Assembly: GCA_951406725.2 (NCBI GenBank)
Contig: OX597815.1
Span: 372,001 to 436,000, forward strand
Direction: 5' to 3'
Length of the DNA: 64,000 bases
Origin: Octopus vulgaris
Lineage: Eukaryota
In this document: positions 52,548 through 64,000 of the stretch, in pieces
How positions within the stretch are numbered: position 1 is the first letter of the stretch
How the letters are laid out: the number at the start of each line of letters is the position of its first letter
Position numbers and translations under genes: made by a program
Notes under the pieces: generated by a model
What the model was told of the DNA's origin: nothing
Seen by the model: only the letters and a program-made list of their open reading frames with translations
Database searches by the model: none

Positions 52548-53452
52548 CTGAAAAGAAAATTTAAATAAAAATCAATAAAATGAAAGCATTTTTCTTTATT
52601 AATATTTTAACCATTTTGCAACAATCCTTTCACTAAAGCAGTGATAGGTGTTGATAGTGAAATGGTCGTTTGTAAATTCGTTCCCAGAATTAGTTGGACC
52701 AATAAACAGGTGACAAGAATTAATTCCTTAGCTAACAAACGGCAACTTCAATCTTTTAATAGGAAATAACATGATGTATAATATTTGGATTGTGAAGTTG
52801 TATGGATCATTGGGAGAAGATGTAGAAATGTAAGAGAGGAAAGCATCTGCATAAGACCTGGTCCTTGATGAAGATCCTTTCAGAGGAACTTCTGAGTTCA
52901 AATCTTGTGTCTTGGGAGAGTCATTACGTCGATAACACTTGTATGTGTTGTTGTTGTTATTATGCCGCCGAGGTCGACTTTGCCTTTCATCCTTTCGGGG
53001 TCGGTAAATTAAGTACCAGTCAAGTACTGGGGTCATTGTGATCGACTTACCCCCTCCCCCAAATTTCAGGCCTTGTGCCTACAGTAGAGAACATGAATTC
53101 ACATAAAAAATCCTGCAAACCAAATTCTCAGTTTCACTCATAAAATAAATGAGTGACGTCATTTATTCAACGTTCACTGTCCTGTATTCTTGACACAACA
53201 GGATTCCTTATTTTCTTAACAATGTAAATTAATTAACTCAAACTTTCTCAGAAAGCAATAAAAATATTTACATTAAATTGTGGCCGAGTTATCTCCCTCT
53301 AATCGTATAGCCACCAACCTTCCCAAATTCAGTCCCGTTTCCATGATGCAAACTTACTGTTTTAGGGGTCATCTTAATTAAAAACCTCCCTCAAAATTTC
53401 ATATTAATTTATGCTCCAAACATTAGATTAATAATAACAAAGTTATTTTCAG

Positions 53453-54312
53453 GAATTCTTCATTTGTACCACCAAGCATTTTGGTAGGAAAAACCCAGCA
53501 TCCATATCCTCTCTCCACAACACTAATATCAAGAAGTTTTCTTGTGAACGTGACCTGGGCATTACTATCAGCAACAATTTAAATGGGACAAAGCACATCT
53601 CTAAAATTGTCAAGAAGGCTGAGGGTGTCTTGGCATTACTTAGCAAGACATTTGTCAGCCACTCTCCAGCTATCTATTTAAGGCTGTATATGGCTATGGT
53701 GTGGCCACACTTGGAATTTGCATCACCAGTCTGGAACCACTATACTGCTCAGGACATTGACCTCCTGGAAACTGTTCAGAGATGTGCAACCAAGCAAATA
53801 CTCTCCATCAGGTATCTACGATATTCTGAACGCCTTGCTTCCCTGGGCATAGATACATTGAAGCTCCGACATCTGGCAAATGACTTGGTAAACATCCACA
53901 AAATTATTAACCATTGTGCCAACAATCACCTTCAACACCTTTTTGAGCTCCATGTATCTAACGCATGTGGGCACGCTTACAAAGTCAGAAAACAGCACAA
54001 CTCCCATGACTTTCGGAAACATTCTTTCACACTCAGAGTTGCTGAAACATGGAACAAACTACCTGCATCAGCTGTTAGTTGCCTAGACATTGCACCCTGT
54101 AAAATCTCCATGCTTCCTGAAATTCGCCAACACTACACCTGATATCCCCCTATCTTCCCCTCCATACACATGCACACATGTATATCATGGCTCAAACACT
54201 GTTCACTCTCCTGACATTTGTACATAATTCTATGTACTGTATATGCACCTTTGATGAGTTGTAGTGCACCTGGACACTGGACACAATAATTTCATTATTA
54301 TTATTATTATTT
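53453..54312 (+). mobile_element. CR1-group LINE 3' fragment (same family as 9842-10263)
   Basis: ERDLGI; ORF 53630-54142 LYMAMVWPHLEFASPVW...LETVQRCATK...WNKLP; 3' motif gagttgtagtgcacctg followed by (ATT)n. A further 3' stub lies at about 54660-54790. Confidence 0.88.
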
Positions 54313-54756
54313 AAATATGGTAATAAAAGAATCCTAAATTTCTTTTATGTGAGTTTAAATTGTGTTAATTTTAGTATTTTTTAGGTTTGACCCTGAATAC
54401 AACCACTGGAGAAGAAACACTGACTTTTCAACTAAAAATACAACCAAGGCAAGTTTTATTAACTGTTAGAGAATAACAACAGCTTTCCACCATAATTTTA
54501 TATTTTCTTTAATTATCTCCCAAAAATCGAAATTTATGATGAAAAAAAAGTTACTTTCTTAAATAGTTCCCAAATTCTCAATTATTCTAAAACTCAACAA
54601 AACTCACCTGTGCAAACATACAAACTGCTAGAGTCATTCCTCTGCTCGAAAAGGGTGACCACCACCCATTGCCTGTCAACTTTTGTACACAATCCTATGT
54701 ACTGTACGTGCACCTTTGATGAGTTGTAGTGCACCTGAGCACTATACATGATAATT

Positions 54757-54787
<31 letters not shown>

Positions 54788-54852
54788 CATCATCATTATT
54801 CTAAAGGTTAATGAAAAGGAGTTCTTTGAAGAAAGCAACACGAAACACTTAC

Positions 54853-54977
54853 AATGGGTTGTGAGAGAACATAACGACACAATTCACCAATGTAAGGAAC
54901 AGCAGTGACTTGGTATTGGCAACAATCTTTCCAGAAGCTTGAGGCAGAGAATTTCTTCTTCAAAACAATTGTAGCTC
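54853..54977 (-). CDS. SLC27A: SLC27A exon (125 bp)
   Basis: ttgcag|GA GCT ... CCC ATT|gtaagt; [42 protein letters not shown] (KFSASxFW and YIGELCRY motifs); phase 1/0. Confidence 0.95.
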
Positions 54978-55010
54978 CTGCAAGAAAGAATGAGCAATCA
55001 TATACAGACA

Positions 55011-55632
<622 letters not shown>

Positions 55633-55746
55633 AATATATGGACTTAACTAATCCAGTAGTACTCACAAAAAAGCCTCTTTAGTGGATCGAGCTACAAAGC
55701 ACAGGGTAAACCAATACAAAGGACCCGGTCCACTAAAGTAATGTGT

Positions 55747-55786
<40 letters not shown>

Positions 55787-55899
55787 AATTGGTTGTGGAA
55801 GTACTATTTATCATAAATGTCTGCTGAATGTGGAGAGTGTATGGGAGTTGCGATCTAAGTGTGGTGGATAAAGTAATCAAGGATATAAAGAGAGAGAGA

Positions 55900-57250
55900 G
55901 AGAGAGAAAGGTGCCGGCTGATTGGAGGAAGTTGTAGAAATGCTTAAAATGTGTGGGGAAGTAAGAACAGCACTGGGGTTAGTTAATGAAGCCAACAGAA
56001 ACGGTTTCAAAGCCAATGACTGGCAGAGTAGTATCACTGTAAATTACTACAAGGGCAAAGATGATATCATCATCATCGTTTAACATCCGCTTTCCATGCT
56101 AGCATGGGTTGGACGATTTTGACTGAGGACTGGTGAACCAGATGGCTGCACCAGACTCCAGTCTGATCTGGCAGAGTTTCTACAGCTGGATGCCCTTCCT
56201 AACACCAACCACTCCGAGAGTGTAGTGGGTGCTTTTACATGCCACCGGTACGAGGGCCAGTCAGGCGGTACTGGCAGCAGCCACGCTCAAATGGTGGCTT
56301 TTGTGTGCCACCTGCACAGGAGCCAGTCTAGCGGCACTGGCAACGACCTCGCTCGAATGTTTTTTCACGTGCCAGTAAGGCGACGCTGGTAATGATCACA
56401 CTTGAATGGTGCTTTTTTATGTGCCACCAGTACGGAAGCCAGTTTGCTCCTCTGGTAACAATCACGCTCGTATGGTGCTCTTAGCGCTCCACTAGCACAG
56501 ATGCCAGTCATCAAATTTGATTTCGATATTTCTTGGAGAGAAACAACTATAGGGGAATCAAACTTCTAGATCAAGTTATGAAGGCCATGGAGAAAGACAC
56601 AACCCGAATAATTCATGATAGAGCGAACCAGGATGTGATGCCATTTGGGTTTGTCTCACTGGGAAGATTGCAACTGTGGTACCTCTTCAGGGGACAATCA
56701 CAGGAAAGATAACTGGCTAAGAATAAACTGCATACCTCACTTTTGTAGAAAGCATTTCATTGGGGGCCGTGTTCAGTAATTTGGTGGGCTCTGAGGAAAC
56801 TGGATGTAGCTAAATGGCTTCTGCGGGTGGTTCAAGCTATGTATAAGGAGAGTTAGCAATGGTTTCTGTGATGAATTTAGTGTGAAGGTAAGGGTAGATC
56901 AAGGCTCAGTCCTCAATCCCTTCCTATTCCTCAGTCCTCCAAGCCATCACTGAAGGAGTTTAAGACTGGCTGTTCATGGGAACTCCTATTTGCTGAAGAT
57001 CTAGAACTCATAGTGGAGTCTACAGAAGAATTAGAGAAGAAATTCCAGGCAGAGAAACTAAACCTGGAATTGAGGGGCCTTAAGGTTAAACTGGCAAAGA
57101 TTAAAGTTTTAGTAAGTAGAAAAGATGACAGGATCCTGGTACCTTCAGAGAAGAGGCCTTGCTGAATACGTAGAAAAAGGGTAGCTATAAACTCCTTATC
57201 CCCATAAAAACCTTTTATGGAATGATGATGCACCCAAGAGTGGTCCATTG
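55900..57250 (+). mobile_element. Old RTE RT fragment with a nested minus-strand RTE 3' end (about 56065-56525)
   Basis: YYKGKDD|...|LERNNYRGIKLLDQVMK; QGSVLNP; WELLFAEDL. Confidence 0.75.
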
Positions 57251-57353
57251 CTGAGATTTAAGAAAACAAAAATAAATACTTTTTGTAATTTAAATTCTGA
57301 TCCCACCTCTCACAAGGGTTTCAGTGCAGGTGTGTGTAAGAAGAAAAACATTA

Positions 57354-57746
57354 GGCGCAGGAGTGGCTGTGTGGTAAGTAGCTTGTTTACCAACCACATG
57401 GTTCCGGGTTCAGTCCCACTGCGTCGCACCTTGGGCAAGTGTCTTCTACTATAGCCTCGGGCCGACCAAAGCCTTGTGAGTGGATTTGGTAGACGGAAAC
57501 TGAAAGAAGCCCGTCGTATATATGTATATATATATGTATGCATGTGTGTGTTTGTCCCCCTAGCATTACTTGACAACCGATGCTGCTGTGTGTATGTCCC
57601 CGTTACTTAGCGGTTCAGCAAAAGAAACCGATAGAATAAGTACTGGGCTTACAAAAGAATAAGTCCCGGGTTCGAGTTGCTCGATTAAAGGCGGTGCTCC
57701 AGCATGGCCGCAGTCAAATGACTGAAACAAGTAAAAGAGTAAAGAG
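57354..57746 (+). mobile_element. tRNA-derived SINE, family A (full length)
   Basis: A box tggctgtgtgg, B box ggttcagtccc, CORE-like caccttgggcaagtgtctt, internal (TA/TG)n, LINE-like 3' tail ggtgctccagcatggccgcagtc...tgaaacaagtaaaag. Confidence 0.88.
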
Positions 57747-58440
57747 TGTTTGTTAACAGAAAAGTATGCTATTAAAATAAATTATCTTTTACACATCTCT
57801 TTTTGAATCATTGTGGATAAATCCTAGCAATGGCCTCAGGTTCATCAATACCTGAATGACTGATACGGGTCAAGTCTAATTTGAGCATCCGCAAGGACGG
57901 GGCAGGGTGAAAATGTTTTTGTGCAGAATTGTGCGAGAACAGTGTGCAGAATACAAATGCACAGAAAATGTCTGAAACTAGCAACGTGTATGAGATGGGT
58001 AACACTTTGCTGTACTCAAGAAACCCCATCCTCCACAGTAAAAGTGTTAAGGCTGCTCGCAATGGGGAAGAGGATTGACCTGTAAGTGTCCTGTTCCAGT
58101 GGCACATAAAAAGCACCCAACACGCTCTGTTAAGTGGTTGACATTAAGAAGGGCATCGAGCCATAGGAACCCTGCCAAATCAGGCTGGGGCCTGGTGCCG
58201 CTCTCCAGCTTGCCAGCTCTGGTCAAACCATCCAACCCATGCCAGAGTGGAAAATGCATGTTTGATGATGATGAACGAAGAAAGTTAGGACTGGTTCCAT
58301 GATGAGCTTCAATTCAAAATCCATAATAGGTCGTGTGAATATTTTTAACTTTTTGAATTTGAATTTCAAAGGATTTCAAAAATTATTTTGAATGCAAAAA
58401 GTTATTTGGTGGGCTTAAATGATAATTCTACCAAACTTAC

Positions 58441-58599
58441 CTCGACTTAGAGCCAAATTGAAACCCAGAAAGAGTCCGTTTGAATGGTAAAGTGGAAGAG
58501 TGACATAGATAACATCCGAGTTACAGATTCCAATGATGTTGCCAAAGCGTAAACTTCCCAGGAGTTTGCTGATGTAGATGTTACAGGCTTTTGGAACAC
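58441..58599 (-). CDS. SLC27A: FATP/SLC27A very-long-chain acyl-CoA synthetase, first coding exon in window (159 bp)
   Basis: ggtcag|GT GTT CCA AAA ... CGA G|gtaagt; encodes (G)VPKACNIYISK...DVIYVTLPLYHSNG, which is the end of the TSGTTGxPK P-loop plus the TLPLYH motif; phase 1/1. Confidence 0.93.
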
Positions 58600-59179
58600 C
58601 TGACCAGAAAAAGAAGGAAAACAACAACTGTTAATCAGATCACCATGAATATAGGAAACATGTCGGAGGAGACCCCCTCCCCCCCGCAAAATAGAAACTA
58701 AACATTTATACTGAATTGGTGCGAAAGAAAAAGGCTGTGGAATGGTTTTCTCATGAATTCTGTCGCTTATGAAATGGTTGCAAAGGGAAACCGGTGCCGA
58801 GAGAGGTGGGAGGCAAGCAGCATATTGAGGAAGGAGTAGTGTCAGCTCATTAAACGAATTGCGAGTTTATCTCCAATAGTTTTAATTCATTAATGGCAGG
58901 ATATTATATTCCTCACTATATTATATGACCTCACTATAACTAACAAGGCAAGAGGCAACACCTGCCTATCAGTCATACACTGATACCCCCATCCTCACAA
59001 ACATTTCTCCCTCAGCCATTTTACTCAATTTGTTGCAATTAAATTTGGGGAAAAAATTACATTTTAAACAAAATTTACAGACAGAATTGAAATAAATTTG
59101 TTAGTCCGCCTCAGCACGGGTTTCCCTTAACATTTACTGTTCCCTGTTCACCACACAGTGCCAAACTAACAGCAGAGCT

Positions 59180-59730
59180 CTAAGCAATCCAATGCCACTA
59201 CACTTAAAAGATTGAAACGGTGCAGCTGATGAGCTACAGGGAGAGGCTGAGAAAACTGTAGCTTTACTCCCCAGATCGAAGGTGGGATGGATATGCAATA
59301 AACTACAGATAGAAAACTCTAAAAGGGCTAGCACCTAATTTCGGTATTGAGTGTTATACAAATGCCAGAAATGCTCATCCACTCCATCTAAATTCAGGAC
59401 TAGGTACTGCAATAGTCTCAGGTTCAAAAGCCCACAGCACTTCAATGCCCTGCCACAAAAATTAAGAAATCAGCCTAAGGTGGAAGTAGATGTCTTCAAC
59501 AAGGAACTAGACACCCTCCTGTCCACAAGACTAGGTGAACCGACAGCCTGACAGGAGGGGCCGACAAAGGTAGCAGAATCAAACACCCTTATACACGAAA
59601 TGGGACAACAGCTGGGACAAAGGCACATACAGGGGTGGTGATAGGAAACACTCCAGACTGAGGAAATCAGGAAGACCAAGGTGGTGCTCCAGCATGACCA
59701 CAGTCACATGGGTGAAACAAGTACAAGAGT
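59180..59730 (+). mobile_element. Diverged CR1/Jockey-group LINE 3' end
   Basis: MSYRERLRKL, FRTRYCNSLRFKSPQHFNALPQKLR; 3' end ggtgctccagcatgaccacagtc...tgaaacaagt. Confidence 0.72.
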
Positions 59731-60130
59731 ATATGCATATATATATATATTGGTTCATCTTACAAATAATGCGGCTTTTTAAATACTTCTTTTATTCTTC
59801 AAAATTAAGATAAAGTTCTTTTTTAATCTAAAATATACTCTCCTTCATTTTCTACAATGCTCTTCCATCTATCAGGTAGACTTGCAAGGCCCCTCTTCCA
59901 CTGCCAGTACCGCCTGACTGGCGCTCATACCAGTGGCACATAAAAGCACCCACTACACTCACGGAGTGGTTGGTGTTAGGAAGAGCATCCAGCTGTAGAA
60001 ACACTGACAGATCAGACTGGAGCCTGGTGCAGCTTCCTGGCTTCCCAGACCCCCGTCGAACCGTCCAACCTGTGCTAGCATGGAAAGTGGACGTTAAACG
60101 ATGATGATACATGTAACATATCTATATCTA

Positions 60131-60173
<43 letters not shown>

Positions 60174-60407
60174 CACACACACACATATATGTATGCATAT
60201 ACATATATATATATTTATGCATACATATATCTATATATATAAAAAATTAGAAAAAAACCCACCTTTTATCAATTCAAAATGAACAATTAAATTACACCAT
60301 CTAGAAAACTACATATAATAGAAAAATTAAAATTAAAATAACAATAAAATGTCAAAGATTAAGTAAATTGCAAAAATAATAATAAAAACGTATATAATTG
60401 GTAGAAA

Positions 60408-60494
60408 AACGACACATGTTTCATGGCTATATTTAAGAAATTATTATAGTAGGAGAGAAATCACTTCGATATAAATGTAGTCGCTCATCAGGTT
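60408..60494 (-). ncRNA. Minimal type-I hammerhead ribozyme (left inverted repeat of PLE-like element)
   Basis: Minus strand: AAC CUGAUGA GCGACUACAUUUA-(loop)-UAAAUAUAGCCAU GAAAC AUGU GUC GUU; complete core, GUC triplet, imperfect long stem II. Confidence 0.78.
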
Positions 60495-60530
60495 AAAAAT
60501 AAACTAGAACAATAAAATAATAAATATACC

Positions 60531-60572
<42 letters not shown>

Positions 60573-60831
60573 CGGTGGTATCCAGCATGGCCGTGGCCTT
60601 CAGGCTGAAACATTTTTAAGGATTTAAGGATATATATATATATGGAAATCCTAAATATACATAAAATAATACTTAAATAATTAAATACTTTAAGATTAAA
60701 TAAAATACACAAAGCTAGTATTTTATTTAATTTTATTTAATATTATTTCTTCATGTAATATTTTTAAATTAAAGAAATTTTATAAAGATAGATTAAATAT
60801 TAATTCTAATTATAATAATAAAAACCAAGAG

Positions 60832-61362
60832 TTGATTTCTTGTACATGTAGGGATAAGTCTACATGTAAATTGAAAAATTATTGTAATTTAGATAATGTA
60901 GTCTATAGATGTAGGGTAATTATAATAGATAAGAATTTGAATCATCATAATTTAAATACTATTTATATAGGGTCTACTTCGAATAAAATTAAAAATAGAA
61001 TTTCCCAACATATGTATTCTTTTAGGAATAAAAATCTTATAAACTCAACAGGTCTCAGTAAATATATTTGGGACCTTAAATTTAGATCTATTAAATATAA
61101 ATTAAATTGGGATATTATTTGTAGGGCTAAATCATATACTATAGGGAGTAATAGTTGTTCTCTTTGTAATAATGAATTTAGGGAGATATTATTTCATAAC
61201 AATTGTGATTGGTAAACTCTTTGGCCGAACGTAAAATTAAATGTAAACATAAATTAAAGTACCGTTATAATATATTTAAATGTAAACATAAATTAAAGTA
61301 CCGTTATAATATATTTAAATGTAAACATAAATTAAAGTACCGTTATAATATATTTAAATGAT
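60832..61362 (+). pseudogene. PLE GIY-YIG endonuclease domain (frameshift near 61210)
   Basis: CTCRDKSTCKLKNYC..VVY...IYIGSTSNKIKNRISQHMYSF...STGLSKYIWDLK...W.I...A..Y...CSLCNNE; continues in a shifted frame as LVNSLAERKIKCKHKLK. Confidence 0.85.
61237..61360. repeat. 39-bp tandem repeat x3
   Basis: aaatgtaaacataaattaaagtaccgttataatatattt. Confidence 0.95.
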
Positions 61363-63701
61363 AAATAAATAATTATATTATTTTTAAATAAATATTATAG
61401 TAATATAAATTATTTTAAAATTATATATATGTATTTTATTTGATTATTATTTAGACTTTAAATTTATAGTAAATACTTTTTTAAATTAAATGATATTTTA
61501 TTTTATGTACTTATATATTACATTTAACTTATCTTTAGTATTATTAAACCTTATTTTGTCGTATGTGGCTTATTTATTTTACTGTAGATATTATTTAATA
61601 GTATTAGAGTATTTTTTACTGTTTTATTATAAATCATATTAATATTTTTAAAATAATGATGAATAATATTTGTTGATGGTGAATTTGAGATGAGTTTTGG
61701 GCTTCGTCTGTTGGAGGCTATAGGAAGGGTTGAATGGTAGGGGGGTAATCGGCTGTGAATTAATTTGACGTTAGTTGGCAGTTTGTTGTAGATTGGATTT
61801 TGGTAGTGATGGTAATAATTAATAATGATATTAATAATGTTAATAATTATGTTGATAATTATAATATTAATGATAATAATACTTATAATCGCGTATGGCT
61901 TGTTGTAGGATCTGGGTAGTGATGATGAACAAGTAATACTTAATATACTATTTTTACTATTACTATTTTTATTAATTTTATTTGATTCCCGTATTTCATT
62001 AATGAATTTCTTTTAGCCTTTTTCATTAATAGTCTTTTTTAATTTTTCCATGCAACCTCTCCACGAGTTTTATTTCTTATAGACAATAAGTATTATTCTT
62101 TACGTTTATAATCTAGCGATATTCTCAAATAACTTAGCAACGTTCTTTTCTCCTTTTCATTTGGATTTGGGGCGGGGGATTAATATTGAGATGGGATTAA
62201 TTTTGTTATTGATATATTCATAGGTGTCTGTTATTTTTAGTTGGGTGTCTTCATATTAGTTTCTCCATAAGTTGTGTTTTTCTCAAATTTTTTTAGTTCA
62301 TGTGGCTTTTAGGTTTTTCGTTTTTTCGTATTTCTCATTGATAAAAAAATATTTCACCACTTTCATTGAGTATTTATTCTATTTCTTTGTACAAAGTCTC
62401 CACGCAATGAATTTTATAAACGCTTTAACTATCTACTTTCAAAATCAGTTCCTCTTGAATCTTCGCTAAGCTAAGTTTGACTTTTTATCGTTTCTCTATT
62501 TCATTTGAATATTGAATCGTTGTGTGTTTGAAATTATTTTTATTGTTTGTTGTAATATTATTATTTATTTATAGTATTTTTTACGTTCAATGTTTAATTG
62601 TTATAAAAGATTCTAACGTTTTACATATTATTTAATTTGAGAATTAATATTGTTAGACTATATTTCTTTTAATAATTAGATAATATTTTCATTAAATAGT
62701 ATTATTTTTAAATAAACTAGTTTTTATTTTAATATAAAGTTTATGTTTAACTTTTTAATCGTGTGATATATTAAATCTATAGACTTATACATGGATATTA
62801 ATATAACGAGTTTATATAATGGATTTGAGTATATTTGTATTATTTCAAATTTTTGATTGTATTATTCATGAATGGTATCGATTGAGTATATTAATTAGAC
62901 GCTTATCATATTGATACATTTAAAATCTCGATAGATTAACAGAATCGCTGAACTTAGTAATTTAGTTTGTTTATCAATATTAGTTAGATCTTGTTATTAT
63001 TTTGACTTTGGTCGTTGTTATTATTGTTCTTGTTATTCACTGGTTTTGTAGACGACTGGTGATTGTGATTGGACATCTTCATAGTGAATTGTTCTTTGGT
63101 TCTAATATTTTTGCACCTTTCTTTATTTTGGGGTTGATAGGTTTTCTTACTTTCCATTAACATATTATTCTCTCACTATTATATATATTTATATATATTA
63201 GTTACGATAGACAGACTGGAGCCTGGTGCAGCCCCTGGCTTCCCAGACCCCGGTTGAACCGTCCAACCCATGCTAGCGCGGAAAACGGACGTTAAACAAT
63301 GATGATGATGATAGATATTAATTATTATATCTCTCTCTCTTTTTATTGATATATCATCATCGTCGTTTAACGTCCGTTCTCCATGCTAGCATATATATAT
63401 ATAGGTGGCTTATGTATTTGTAATATTAAATTAAATAAATTGATATTAAGTTTTGATTAGGTATTATATTATTTGATATTTAGTCAACTTTGTTATAGAT
63501 TGTTATATTAAATCTATAGATACTACACATGTATAATATTTATTATATGGTTAGCTTATTTAAGGAGTTTGTCTATATTTGAACCATTTCTTATTTTGAT
63601 TACAATTTAATGACTTGTAATAGCTTTGTGTATTTTATTTAATTTTAAAGTATTTAATTATTTAAGTATTATTTTATTTTTCACTTATGTATATTTAGGA
63701 T

Positions 63702-63737
<36 letters not shown>

Positions 63738-63780
63738 GTATATTTATTAATTAATTATTTTATTGTTCTAGTTTATTTTT

Positions 63781-63867
63781 AACCTGATGAACGACTACAT
63801 TTATATCGAAGTGATTTCTCTCCTACTATAATCATTTCTTAAATATAGCCATGAAACACGTGTCATT
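63781..63867 (+). ncRNA. Minimal type-I hammerhead ribozyme (right inverted repeat copy)
   Basis: AAC CUGAUGA ACGACUACAUUUA...UAAAUAUAGCCAU GAAAC ACGU GUC AUU; inverted copy of 60408-60494 with a stem I mismatch. Confidence 0.72.
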
Positions 63868-64000
63868 TTTCTACCTATTATATACATTTTTATTATTAAT
63901 TTTGCAATTTACTTAATCTTTGACATTTTATTGTTATTTTAATTTTAATTTTTCTATTATATGTAGTTTTCTAGATGGTGTAATTTAATTGTTCATTTTG

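Larger units (their letters stand above)
60241..64000. mobile_element. Penelope-like element with long inverted termini and internal GIY-YIG endonuclease remnant
   Basis: 60275-60716 is the reverse complement of about 63621-64000 (runs off the window edge); each arm carries a hammerhead; GIY-YIG ORF inside; flanked on the left by (TA)n. Confidence 0.8.

Noticed and set aside
57354-57425. tRNA gene
   Set aside because: The A/B boxes belong to a SINE head and there is no cloverleaf
59226-59262. CTGATGA...GAAA hammerhead-like match
   Set aside because: No convincing stems; it lies in LINE coding sequence (LMSYRERLRKL)
60832-61215. Organellar intron homing endonuclease or NUMT
   Set aside because: The Cys-flanked motif pattern and adjacent hammerheads fit a Penelope-like element; no mitochondrial genes are nearby
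58600-64000. Upstream SLC27A exon containing YIYTSGTTG
   Set aside because: Not found by eye in this interval; it presumably lies beyond the window

Overview
AT-rich, repeat-dense eukaryotic genomic DNA. The SINE/RTE complement and microsatellite load suggest an octopod cephalopod, but this is an inference and no search was run. One host gene is recognisable: seven minus-strand coding exons (58599 to 37448) of a FATP/SLC27A-family very-long-chain acyl-CoA synthetase. They have canonical GT-AG boundaries and consistent phases; the 5' exons lie beyond the window. The rest is mostly transposable elements: several Penelope-like elements (PLEs), a near-full-length RTE LINE plus many 3' fragments, CR1-group LINE 3' ends, two tRNA-derived SINE families, a decayed Pif1-helicase Helitron, two non-autonomous Helitrons, an IR/DR Tc1 (DD34E), a maT-like fragment and a possible decayed Gypsy element. 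The most notable feature is a set of four minimal type-I hammerhead ribozyme motifs with complete catalytic cores, plus three degenerate ones. The four complete ones sit in PLE-related, partly inverted-repeat cassettes embedded in (TA)n tracts inside the SLC27A introns, and two are on the strand of the host pre-mRNA. All coordinates were read by eye, and element boundaries are approximate unless termini are quoted.
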